From NCBI GenBank assembly GCA_958296135.2, contig CATQHZ020000001.1, positions 128,001 to 192,000 on the forward strand: a stretch of DNA of 64,000 nt. The letters are read 5' to 3'. The number at the start of each line of letters is the position of its first letter. Positions within the stretch are counted from its first letter, which is position 1. The notes beneath the pieces are model-generated. The model had not been told where the DNA came from. It worked only from the letters and a program-made list of their open reading frames with translations, and searched no databases. The translations under genes were made by a program, and so were the position numbers. This DNA comes from an uncultured Poribacteria bacterium (GTDB taxonomy: Bacteria; Poribacteria; WGA-4E; WGA-3G). Of the stretch, positions 51,184 through 60,534 are shown piece by piece.

Positions 51184-52323
51184 TTATGACTCTCCGATTT
51201 GATTCGCGATGAGCATCATATCTAGAATGTTGACAATTCCATCGCCGTTCAGATCTGGCGATGGCTGTCCGATACGTGATGCCACGAACGTTAAGTCCTG
51301 AATGTTAACGCTGCCGTCGCCGGTGACATCATAACGGTTTGGCGACGTGTAATCCCACAGCAAGATGGTGTTATCCAAACTGCCGCTCGCGAAGGTGGTG
51401 CCATCGGGTGAGAAAGCGAGGGAGGTGACAGAAGCCGTGTGTCCGTAAAGCGTGCTGCGGTGTGTGCCAGTATAGAGATTCCATAGCCGAATTGTTTCGT
51501 CTCGACTCCCGCTAACGATTGTCATGCCATCAGGCGAAAAGGCGACTGCATAGACACCCCCGGTATGCCCTGCCAGAAGAGCGAGAACTTCGCCTGTGCT
51601 GACATCTGACAGTCGGAGCATGCCATCCAAACTTGCACTCGCGAGGATACGGCCATCTGGCGAAAACGCGATGTCTTGAACGCTGTCCGTGTGTGCGGTG
51701 AGCGTAAGGCGCGGCCTGTCTGTCAGCATAAACGCGCCCCGCGCGTCCCACAATCGAATCGTGCCATCCCTGCTGCCGCTGGCGAGCAACGTTCCATCCG
51801 GCGAGAAGGCCAACGCGTTCGTCCAGCGCGTATAGGTTTCAAGCCTTCCGATTTGCTGCGCGATTGCTGTATCCCACAGGCGGATGTGCGTGTCTTCCCA
51901 TCCGCTGCCACTGGCAAGGGTTTTTCCGTCAGGTGAAAAAGCTACGGACAAGGTTTCTCGAAACCGCCCTTGGAACGTCGCCTTCAATTCATAGCGGTGT
52001 AGATGCCACAAACGGATTGTCCTATCCCAACTTGCGCTGGCGAGCGTTGTGCCATCGGATGAAAGGGCCAACGTGGTAATCCTGTCGGTATGTCCTTCAA
52101 GAGTGGCAATGCGTTCGCCGGTGTGTGGATTCCACAATTGGATGGTATTTTCATTTCCCGAACCACCGCCGCTGACAAGGAAGGTTCCATCAGGTGAGAA
52201 GACTGCCTTGCTTCCCACCGATATAGTCACTCCCTGAATAACGAGGCGTGGGGTTTCTGCGGCGAACCCGTTCAGTGGAAATATGATGGAAATGGAGATG
52301 AACGTCACTATAAAGTATTTCAT
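51184..52323 (-). CDS. Secreted WD40 protein (about 7 blades) with C-terminal dockerin-like pair
   Basis: Signal MKYFIV; WD40 units; DVTGDGSVNIQDL...DLNGDGIVNILD. Confidence 0.9.
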   Translation of the reverse strand: MKYFIVTFISISIIFPLNGFAAETPRLVIQGVTISVGSKAVFSPDGTFLVSGGGSGNENTIQLWNPHTGERIATLEGHTDRITTLALSSDGTTLASASWDRTIRLWHLHRYELKATFQGRFRETLSVAFSPDGKTLASGSGWEDTHIRLWDTAIAQQIGRLETYTRWTNALAFSPDGTLLASGSRDGTIRLWDARGAFMLTDRPRLTLTAHTDSVQDIAFSPDGRILASASLDGMLRLSDVSTGEVLALLAGHTGGVYAVAFSPDGMTIVSGSRDETIRLWNLYTGTHRSTLYGHTASVTSLAFSPDGTTFASGSLDNTILLWDYTSPNRYDVTGDGSVNIQDLTFVASRIGQPSPDLNGDGIVNILDMMLIANQIGES

Positions 52324-52328
52324 CGTTA

Positions 52329-53294
52329 TCAATACCACGCCGCCTTATTGACGACATTTCGCAACGGCTCACCTGCCGCAAACCGACGCGCGTTCGCTAA
52401 TAAAATCTCAAACCGACGCGCCGGAACGTTCGCCGCATCTTTCACGGCAATGTGCGGCGTGAGCAACACGTTCGGTAACTGCCACAGCGGACTCTCCGCA
52501 GGCAACGGCTCTACTTCAAACACGTCTAAACCGCACCCAGCGATGTTGCCGTGCGTCAGGGCCGCCACCAACTCGGCGAGTCTCATCGTTTTGCCGCGCC
52601 CGATGTTGATGAAATAGGCAGTCCGTTTCATTAACGCGAAGCGGTTTTTGTTCCACATCCCCTCCGTTTCAGGCGTGTGCGGCGTGGTAGCTATCACAAA
52701 GTCAGCGCGCGGCAGCAGCGCATCCAATGCCGCCGGTTCGTGTTTCTCAACGAAAGGCACATCGTATTCCCACCTCGGGTCGACACCGATGACCTTCATG
52801 CCGAACGCATCGCAGCGGCGCGCTGTCTCCTGTCCAATGCCGCCGACACCGACAATCAACGCTGTCGCCTGCGCCAAATCGATGTATCCGTGTTTGCGCG
52901 CATCTTTGTCCCAGATTCCTTCGCGCTGTGCATCCATATAGTAGGGTAAGCCGCGAGCGAGCGCGAGCACAAACATCATGATGTGCTGCGCGATATGGTC
53001 ATTGTAGATACCGCGCGGGTTACAGACTACCACGGGGTGTTCAATCAACGCCGGGTAATAGTAGCCGGGGAAGGGACCTGCGGCGGGATTTTGTAACCAG
53101 CGCAGATTGCCCGCTAACGGCAGTTGTTCCGGCGATACCCAGCCGTAGACAGCATCTGCATCGGGGAGATGCTGCCGGACCTCTTCGGCTGTTGTCGGTA
53201 AGACGATGTCGTAAGTTGGCAATTCGGTTTGAATGCGGTGTGCCCAATCCTGCGATTCGGCATTTTGGGGCGGCATCATGATTAATTTTGGCAT
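52329..53294 (-). CDS. D-isomer-specific 2-hydroxyacid dehydrogenase
   Basis: GVGGIG, PHTPET, INIGRG, LDVFE.EPLP, LTPH. Confidence 0.92.
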   Translation of the reverse strand: MPKLIMMPPQNAESQDWAHRIQTELPTYDIVLPTTAEEVRQHLPDADAVYGWVSPEQLPLAGNLRWLQNPAAGPFPGYYYPALIEHPVVVCNPRGIYNDHIAQHIMMFVLALARGLPYYMDAQREGIWDKDARKHGYIDLAQATALIVGVGGIGQETARRCDAFGMKVIGVDPRWEYDVPFVEKHEPAALDALLPRADFVIATTPHTPETEGMWNKNRFALMKRTAYFINIGRGKTMRLAELVAALTHGNIAGCGLDVFEVEPLPAESPLWQLPNVLLTPHIAVKDAANVPARRFEILLANARRFAAGEPLRNVVNKAAWY

Positions 53295-53524
53295 CGGGGT
53301 TGCTCCTATTTAGCGGGCGCGGGGGAAACCCTCGGCAGTTAGTGACTGCCGGGCCCCCGCGCTACGGTATTCTTGTACGACATATTTAGGGTTTGTGGCA
53401 TATTTTATCATGATTTCAGGTGAAAGACAAGCGTTATATTGACATTATCTCTCGCAATGTGATACTATAAATTGTTGAAAGTTTCAAAGCGACGCTGTCC
53501 ATTCAGACTACTTGAGAGGAGGAA

Positions 53525-54712
53525 ATGATGCGAACGTTTGAGACCCGAGGGCCCGTGACTCCCGAAAAGAATTACGTTGTCCGCCGCCAGGCAGAGTTGG
53601 CGGATTTCATTTGTCGCGTGAAGGAGGGCCGCTATATTGTCATTTTCGCGCCGCGGCAGACAGGCAAAACGACTTTTTTCCGCGCGGCTCTCCAAACTCT
53701 CGCCGTGGAAGAACCTACCTACTTCCCGATCGAACTGAATTTCCAAGTGTATAAAAACGTCGCGCCGAATGCATTCTACGGCCGCGTTTACAGAAAGATT
53801 CGCCAAGAAATTGAGGGCGTTTTTCACCAGCGCGGGCAGACGCTTTCTGATACGTTGAATCAATTTTTGCGGAACGGCTCGATGCACGATCATCTTTCAC
53901 TGCTAGACTTCTTTGAACAACTCGCAGGCTTCCTAGCACCGCAGCGGGTTGTGCTCATCATTGACGAGTTTGATGGGATGCCGGCCACCGCCGTGAGCGA
54001 TTTTTTGTATGCACTCCGTGACATCTACCACTCCAAGGCGACAACTCCCTGTCCCTATAGCATCGGCATCGTTGGGGTCAAAAACATTACGCAATTGAAC
54101 TATGACCGGTCCATCTCGCCGTTCAATGTCCAAGATGAGTTTGCTTTGCCGAACTTCACGCTTGAACAGGTGCAGGAACTGCTTGGGCAATATACCGATG
54201 AAGTGGGGCAAACGTTCGATCCTGATGTTATCGCGCTACTGCACCGCCAGACAGGGGGACAACCATTTCTTGTCAATCGACTTGCGCAAATGCTCACCGA
54301 GGATATGGACATTCCGAAGGCGGAGACGATTGCGATGCCGCACTTCGCAGCGGCACATCGGCAACTTCTTGAAGAAAGGAACGTCAATATCACACACCTT
54401 ACCACCAATATCCGCAGGGATCCGCGCTTTCAACGTCGTCTGATGCAAATCACCTCCTACGATGAAAGCGTGAGTTTCAATCTGGACGACGACATCCTTA
54501 GTGAACTTGCCACCTACGGTGTCATCGCGAAAGGCACGGATGGTATGTGTGAGATAGCGAACCCGATTTATCTCTACCGCATCCTACAAACGTTCCAGCC
54601 GCTAATAAACGGGCTGGAGGAAGAATACTACTCCCAAGACACAGGCAGCGGGTATCGCGATTACCTCACGCCTGCAGGGCAGATTCGTATGGCTGGGCTC
54701 TTGGATAACTAA
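53525..54712 (+). CDS. AAA-like ATPase, 3'-truncated paralog lacking the C-terminal nuclease domain
   Basis: F.TRGP, APRQTGKTT, IIDEFD, SPFN, T.GQPFLV; stops at LLDN where the paralog at 61867 continues for about 138 aa. Confidence 0.82.
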   Translation: MMRTFETRGPVTPEKNYVVRRQAELADFICRVKEGRYIVIFAPRQTGKTTFFRAALQTLAVEEPTYFPIELNFQVYKNVAPNAFYGRVYRKIRQEIEGVFHQRGQTLSDTLNQFLRNGSMHDHLSLLDFFEQLAGFLAPQRVVLIIDEFDGMPATAVSDFLYALRDIYHSKATTPCPYSIGIVGVKNITQLNYDRSISPFNVQDEFALPNFTLEQVQELLGQYTDEVGQTFDPDVIALLHRQTGGQPFLVNRLAQMLTEDMDIPKAETIAMPHFAAAHRQLLEERNVNITHLTTNIRRDPRFQRRLMQITSYDESVSFNLDDDILSELATYGVIAKGTDGMCEIANPIYLYRILQTFQPLINGLEEEYYSQDTGSGYRDYLTPAGQIRMAGLLDN

Positions 54713-54779
54713 GGACGGATTTCTAGGGTTTCCGCACGTGGACGAAATTTCGCGCAAATGGAATCCTCAAATTTTTAAG

Positions 54780-54991
54780 TTGACATTTTAGGGCAAAAGG
54801 TGGTATAATTTGCCAACATTTGGGCAATTAATACCGAAATCCACACTCGGAGAACCGTTATCAAGGAATCTCTCGCGAAAGAACGGTTGACTCACATTTG
54901 GGTTTTGGGTAGAATGCAATTGCTGATGACGTATCGGCGCAATTTAGCAACCGTTTTTTCTTGCGATTTTTCGCGTATTTGTGCTATGCTA
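54780..54991 (+). promoter_or_regulatory. Two or three sigma70-like promoters upstream of the nuclease-TM gene
   Basis: TTGACA-18-TATAAT (54780-54809), TTGACT-17-TAGAAT (54887-54915), and a weaker TTGCGA...TG.TATGCT near 54961-54991. Confidence 0.6.
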
Positions 54992-55195
54992 TCTGATACG
55001 TTATCAATTACGTGTGTTCGTGACGGCCGCGGTTAATGGGCGGCTCTCGGGCACCACCGATACGAATGAACTTGCACACAACGATGGAGGCAGTCAACTT
55101 GCAGACGAAGTCCGTAGCATGCGGTGTTGCAACTCTGGAAGAGTTTGTTCGTAGGTAGTCTATTTTCACGTAATCTGGAAGCCGTAAGGACTGAT

Positions 55196-57490
55196 ATGAC
55201 ACCTGAAGGAATAGTGGTTGAGGAAGTGGTTCGCTACTTCTCCGACCCGGGGTTCCAAAAGTTCTCGATAAAGAGAGAATATCCGATTCAGATGGGCTCT
55301 GACAACCGCAGAGCCGATGTTGTGCTGATTGATAGCGCGGATAACCTCGTCGCCGTTGCGGAATGCAAGCGGGTCGGGGGAGAAGGGCGGGGACTGGATC
55401 AGTTAAAGTCTTACCTCAGTGCAACGGATACGCGTTTCGGGATATTCGCCAATAGCACCAATCCTGCTGCTTGGGATTTTTACGAGAACTTGGGACGAAA
55501 TCAGGTTAGACCGATGACGCGCTCTGAATTTGAAAAGCGCGTTAAAAAGGATGCTAATGTGATAAATCGTGTGTTGAATTTTTTCAAGAACATGTTCCGT
55601 CCGTCCGATAAGCGAGAAGACACCGAGGAACCGACAGGCACCACACCTGATGTGACAACCGAACCGGAGTCTAACACGCCGGTGTTCCGTCCGCCCGCGA
55701 ATCCTAACAGTCCTGAAGGCATTACGGAAACTGAACCTGTTAGAAAACCTGTTGTATCTCCGCCACCAATGCCGGGGGTACCCGACACGGAAGGATACTC
55801 ACCCTTGCAAAGCGAATATAGAGACAATCCGGGTGCGCCAAGTTTGAATGGCGAGCCTTACTACAGCGAAGATAACGGTTTTTCTTGCGCAGTCGCGCTC
55901 CGTGGGATACCTGAAGGTTTACCTGCTCATATTGACCGGATTATCCGTGACGAACGATTAGCAGTGGCATATAGTCGCGAGCAACTTCAGGCAGAAATTG
56001 AGTCGTTAGAAGGCGAGAAATCCGAACTTGAGATGGAGAAGCGCGGTTATGAATCGGAAATCGCTTCTCGCGCCGAAGAACTCGCGGGAAAAAAGGAGGA
56101 GTTGGCCGGTTTGCAAGTCCAATGGCACGCGCCAGTGGGAACCGGACTAGACTCATCGCAGCCTGTTACGGGCACTTCTGGAGAATCCGCAGTTGAATTC
56201 GCTTCTCTTCCGCAAGAAGAAATACCTGATGTCCCGTTTAGACAACAGATTGAGGCAGAGGTCGAAGAGTTGATTCACGAGAAGGATCGCCTTGGTCAGC
56301 AACTCGGTCAGAAGACTGAAGAGTTGGCTCGCAAGAAAGAAGAACTTGCGGGACTTGAAGTCCAAATAGAAGCACCGACGGAGACAGAATTAAATCCGCC
56401 ATCTGTTGAAGGTGCTGCCCCCGTTCCTTCTAAACAGCAGTTCTCTGTTCTTCAGTTGATTTTTGCAAGTTTTACCACATTTGCGGTGGTTGGCCTGCTT
56501 TTTTACCTATTTATTTTTTATTCTTCGGCTGGTGATAAGGCTTTCGGTTCAGGACGCGGCTCAGTCCAGGAAAAGTTAAATGAGATCGTTAATCATGCCG
56601 CTTTCTTTCAAGCGTGGCAGGAGCCAATGAACCTGTTTGTAATTACGTTCCCTTTTATTTTTCTCGTTCTTGCTGTTGTGACTCACCTCTGTTTGGAGCA
56701 CAGAAGATGGGTTTACTTGGGAGTAGTTATCTTATCTACTCTCGCGCTTGATGCCGTAATTGCAGTCAAGATTTCGCAAAATATTCATGAAAATAAGGAG
56801 GCAAGAGGGCTGCTGCCAGAAGGAGCAGAGTGGTCCTTATTGGATATCAATATCTTTGCTGTCCTTTTGTTAGGATTTGCAGTTTCTCTATTGCTAGGTT
56901 TTGGTTTCTATTGGGTTACGGAATTGTGGAAGAGTGTGCGGCCGCACCGTAACGAATCTACGGAATTCGATTTGCGGAGGAAGGTCGAAAAGAATGAACG
57001 CGAGGTTCAATTAGCCACTTTAAGAACCCAAATGGATAACTTGCACACCAAGATTGACTCACTCAATGGGGATATCGCAGTCACTCAGCAGAAGATTGAC
57101 GAGCGTCAGGCTAAAGTTGAGGAGTTGTCAAGGCAACAGCGGGAAGCTGGAGAGAAAACTGCAAAGCTGCCTCTTAACGTTCAACTCGCTGTCTTAAAAA
57201 CTGGAATGGAGAACTTGCAAAACGAGATTAACCAGTTCAATGAGAGACGGAACACCGTTCAGCAGGAAATTCAGGACCGTCAGACTAAGATAGAGGCGTT
57301 GAAGGAGCGGCGACGCATAAAGTTAGTCGACCTTAATAAGATCGAATGGCAAGTTAGCCAATTCGTGAGCGGGTGGTGCCGCTATATTGCCCACAGTAAA
57401 ACCGAGACTGATGATGCATCGGCCAAAATCGAAAGGGTTCGGCAAGTCAAAAATGATACACTTGCCCAATATTTCGAGACTTTACGGTAG
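55196..57490 (+). CDS. HsdR-N-like PD-(D/E)XK domain, Pro-rich linker, coiled coil, 4 TM, coiled coil
   Basis: EYPIQMGS..RRAD.V...AECK......DQLKSYL.AT...FG..AN; heptad regions; four hydrophobic helices. Confidence 0.8.
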   Translation: MTPEGIVVEEVVRYFSDPGFQKFSIKREYPIQMGSDNRRADVVLIDSADNLVAVAECKRVGGEGRGLDQLKSYLSATDTRFGIFANSTNPAAWDFYENLGRNQVRPMTRSEFEKRVKKDANVINRVLNFFKNMFRPSDKREDTEEPTGTTPDVTTEPESNTPVFRPPANPNSPEGITETEPVRKPVVSPPPMPGVPDTEGYSPLQSEYRDNPGAPSLNGEPYYSEDNGFSCAVALRGIPEGLPAHIDRIIRDERLAVAYSREQLQAEIESLEGEKSELEMEKRGYESEIASRAEELAGKKEELAGLQVQWHAPVGTGLDSSQPVTGTSGESAVEFASLPQEEIPDVPFRQQIEAEVEELIHEKDRLGQQLGQKTEELARKKEELAGLEVQIEAPTETELNPPSVEGAAPVPSKQQFSVLQLIFASFTTFAVVGLLFYLFIFYSSAGDKAFGSGRGSVQEKLNEIVNHAAFFQAWQEPMNLFVITFPFIFLVLAVVTHLCLEHRRWVYLGVVILSTLALDAVIAVKISQNIHENKEARGLLPEGAEWSLLDINIFAVLLLGFAVSLLLGFGFYWVTELWKSVRPHRNESTEFDLRRKVEKNEREVQLATLRTQMDNLHTKIDSLNGDIAVTQQKIDERQAKVEELSRQQREAGEKTAKLPLNVQLAVLKTGMENLQNEINQFNERRNTVQQEIQDRQTKIEALKERRRIKLVDLNKIEWQVSQFVSGWCRYIAHSKTETDDASAKIERVRQVKNDTLAQYFETLR

Positions 57491-57572
57491 CATCGCCGAG
57501 TCTTGAATCAGGTCTTCCCTTATGTGGTGACTGTATGACGTAAGTGGAGACAACCTAAAAAAGGAGCCATAT

Positions 57573-58481
57573 ATGGCACAAATGAAGATTTTTGGCATTG
57601 TATTCGCTGTGTTTTTCGTTTTCCTAGTCGGTTGCAAATCAGAGTCGTCTGAAGCCGTCGGGAAGGAATCAAAATCCGCTGCGTCTAAAGCCTTAAATAT
57701 CGTTGTCATCCTTGATACATCGGATCGAATTTCAAAAGAAAAACATCCCGGCCAAGTTCAAAGAGATCTTGATATCGTGACAGGTATCGTTGATTTCTTT
57801 GAAAAACTAGTCCGTGATGAACTCGCTGAAAGCGAGAAAATCGAGTACCTGCACCGGCTGACCTTCGTGGTTCCGGAACAGCCCAGGGTCCCCCAGATTC
57901 CTTTGGACATTATGGAAAAACTGACAATTGAGGATTCAGGGAATGGACGCAGTTTCCCAGAGTTCAAAAAACAGAAGTCAGAATTGCTTCCGGCGGTCAA
58001 GAAATTATACGAATTTGTTCAGGGGCACGGGCAATTCACCGGATCCGATATTTGGGGTTGGTTTCGGTCCAAAGCGGAATTTTATTTGCAAGGTGACCAT
58101 AACTACATCATCTGTGTTTCGGATGGTTACCTTAATTTCGATCGGGACATTGAAGCGAAGCGGCGCAAAGGGACATACATGCGGGTTGGCGAACTTCGCC
58201 ACGTCGAAAATTGGCAAGACAAATTCCGCCGAGAAGGATACGGATTCTTGCCTATTAAAGAAGAAAATTTCAGCCGTTACAACGTGAAATTCTTAATGGT
58301 TGAAATCGCCCTCCGGCGCGAGCAGACTACCGGCGTTGTTTATACGCAGGACACTGATATTATCAAAGAATACTGGGGAACATGGTTGACATCAATGGGA
58401 ATTACTGATTCCCAATTCATAGAGCAACTTAATCCCGAAATCCTTCAAAAGGAGATTAAGGCGTTCATTTTGTCCCTTTAA
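57573..58481 (+). CDS. VWA-like lipoprotein
   Basis: Lipobox LVGC; NIVVILDTSDR (MIDAS-like), GSDIW, IICVSDG. Confidence 0.72.
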   Translation: MAQMKIFGIVFAVFFVFLVGCKSESSEAVGKESKSAASKALNIVVILDTSDRISKEKHPGQVQRDLDIVTGIVDFFEKLVRDELAESEKIEYLHRLTFVVPEQPRVPQIPLDIMEKLTIEDSGNGRSFPEFKKQKSELLPAVKKLYEFVQGHGQFTGSDIWGWFRSKAEFYLQGDHNYIICVSDGYLNFDRDIEAKRRKGTYMRVGELRHVENWQDKFRREGYGFLPIKEENFSRYNVKFLMVEIALRREQTTGVVYTQDTDIIKEYWGTWLTSMGITDSQFIEQLNPEILQKEIKAFILSL

Positions 58482-58522
58482 TTTCTTGGGTTTCCACGGC
58501 GATAAGTCGGCGAACGATAAAG

Positions 58523-58732
58523 GTGAACATCCCAACGATGCTCACTAAAAACATGAAGGAACTCCAGTATCGCGAACCGCAGTTGCACGCGGTGTTGGAT
58601 AAAGTCCTTCAGCATCCAGGCGGTAAAGGCGTTTATTCCGCAGACCTGCACCGCCTGCCCGAGCCGGATATCCAGACGATTGTAACGGAAATTCAGCAAG
58701 CGCGTCAGGCAGAAAAGCGGCGTGCCGGCTAG
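58523..58732 (+). CDS. Small hypothetical protein
   Basis: Co-oriented 61-69 aa ORF; no recognisable motif. Confidence 0.35.
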   Translation: MNIPTMLTKNMKELQYREPQLHAVLDKVLQHPGGKGVYSADLHRLPEPDIQTIVTEIQQARQAEKRRAG

Positions 58733-58848
58733 AGCTGCAGGCGGCGCGCGGGAAATATGCTCCCGCACGTGACGCACGGCAGCACCGCACAAGTTGTCTC
58801 GCTGTTTGTGGTGTTGCTCGTCGCCTTAATCACCTGGGGATTCAAAAA

Positions 58849-59040
58849 GTGTTATTCAGAATCAAGGAGCGAGAGGAGTTGAAAGATCTCATCGCCAAAC
58901 AGGCCGCGCAAATTGCAGAACAGGCCGCGCTCATCAACGATTTGAAAGCAAGTGCTGAAAAAGTGCCTGCCTTGGAGCAGCAAATCGCCGAACTGGCTGC
59001 CCAACTGGAGCACCAGAAGGGACAGCAGTCACCGCGATAA
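58849..59040 (+). CDS. Small coiled-coil ORF or gene fragment
   Basis: Heptad-rich LIAKQAAQIAEQAALINDLK...LEQQIAELAAQLE; the frame may extend upstream into a hydrophobic stretch. Confidence 0.45.
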   Translation: MLFRIKEREELKDLIAKQAAQIAEQAALINDLKASAEKVPALEQQIAELAAQLEHQKGQQSPR

Positions 59041-59139
59041 GAACGGGAAGCCGGCGAGGGAATTGGGCTGGAAGCGTCCTTGCCGGCACCCCCTAGCCTC
59101 TTTTGCAAGCGTTGCGACACAAGTCAGGAGCCACGTCTC

Positions 59140-60534
59140 ATGGAAACCCCACTCCACATCGCTTTTGATAAAGGCACCCTCATCCTCCAACATGTCCCAA
59201 AGGCACTCCAGCCGCACTTAGCAGAACTCCGCTGGGACGAACGCACCCTCACCTATCGCGCCCCCGCCTATCGCTATCGGCAGATTGTCTCGCACCTGCT
59301 GGCGCACAACATTCCCTATCAGGACAACGCGAGGCAATTCACTATCGAACCGTTCGTGCTCCAAAAGACTTTACCGCCGTATCCTTACCAGACCGAGGCA
59401 ATCGACGCGTGGCACGCCAACGGCAAGCGCGGTGTGATGAGTCTCCCTACCGGTGCTGGCAAAACCTTCATCGCCGTGATGCTCATCGCCGATATGCAAC
59501 GTCCCACACTTGTGCATGTGCCCACCATCGCTCTAATGCATCAGTGGTATACTGTCCTGCGCGAGTATTTCGGCACCGAGGTGGGGCTTTACGGCGGCGG
59601 TTATCATGAATTGGCATCGCTCACCGTGACGACATATCAATCCGCTGTCATGCACGCGCCCTATTACGGCAATCGGTTCGGCCTGGCGATTTTTGACGAG
59701 TGTCATCACCTCCCCGGTCAGCAGTATCAATACGCCGCTATCAGTAGCATCGCGCCGTTTCGGCTGGGGTTAACGGCAACGCCTGAACGGACAGATGGCG
59801 GAGAAACCCGGCTGTATTCTCTCGTCGGCGAGTGTTGTTATGAGGCGAAGGTGCAGGAACTCTCCGGCAAAACGTTGTCGCCGTATCGCGTTGTCACGAT
59901 TGCGATTGAGATGGAGGACACGGAGCGGGTTCGTTATGAGGAGGCCCGTTGCACTTATCTGGATTTCCTCAAGAAGGCACACATTAATATGGGCGCGGGC
60001 CGGGGTTGGCAGACGTTCCTCTGGAAGTCTTCTCAAACGGCTGAGGGACGCGAGGCGTTTAAGGCGTATCTAACCCAGAAGCAGCTCAGTTTCGCTTCCA
60101 CTACCAAGCAGGAGTGGGTGTGGAAGTTAATCCAGCGGCACCGCGGCGACCGGATTCTCATCTTTACGCAAGATAACACCACGGCGTATCAACTCGGCGG
60201 GCGGTTTTTCCTCCCCGTCCTGACACATCAGACGAAGCTGAAGGAGCGGAACGCCTTTTTGGAGAACTTCCGCGATGGCACGTATGCTATCCTCGTCACG
60301 TCTAAAGTGCTCAATGAGGGGGTGGATGTGCCGGAGGCGAACGTGGCTATCATCGTTTCGGGGAGCGGAAGTGTGCGGGAGCATGTGCAGCGGTTAGGAC
60401 GTATCTTGCGGAAACGTGAGGGGAAACAGGCGGTACTTTACGAGTTGATTTCCAAACAAACGGGTGAACATTTTGTGAATAAACGGCGGCGGCAACATCA
60501 TGCTTACGAAAGCTCTGATTCGGTATCACATTGA
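59140..60534 (+). CDS. XPB/Rad25-like superfamily 2 helicase
   Basis: YQ.EA, LPTGAGKT, DECHH, GLTATPER, VLNEGVDVP, QRLGRILR; ATG at 59140 after AGGAG. Confidence 0.9.
   Translation: METPLHIAFDKGTLILQHVPKALQPHLAELRWDERTLTYRAPAYRYRQIVSHLLAHNIPYQDNARQFTIEPFVLQKTLPPYPYQTEAIDAWHANGKRGVMSLPTGAGKTFIAVMLIADMQRPTLVHVPTIALMHQWYTVLREYFGTEVGLYGGGYHELASLTVTTYQSAVMHAPYYGNRFGLAIFDECHHLPGQQYQYAAISSIAPFRLGLTATPERTDGGETRLYSLVGECCYEAKVQELSGKTLSPYRVVTIAIEMEDTERVRYEEARCTYLDFLKKAHINMGAGRGWQTFLWKSSQTAEGREAFKAYLTQKQLSFASTTKQEWVWKLIQRHRGDRILIFTQDNTTAYQLGGRFFLPVLTHQTKLKERNAFLENFRDGTYAILVTSKVLNEGVDVPEANVAIIVSGSGSVREHVQRLGRILRKREGKQAVLYELISKQTGEHFVNKRRRQHHAYESSDSVSH

Noticed and set aside
54995-55195. Possible ncRNA or riboswitch in the 200-bp leader of the nuclease-TM gene
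   Set aside because: No recognisable conserved motif or convincing structure by eye.
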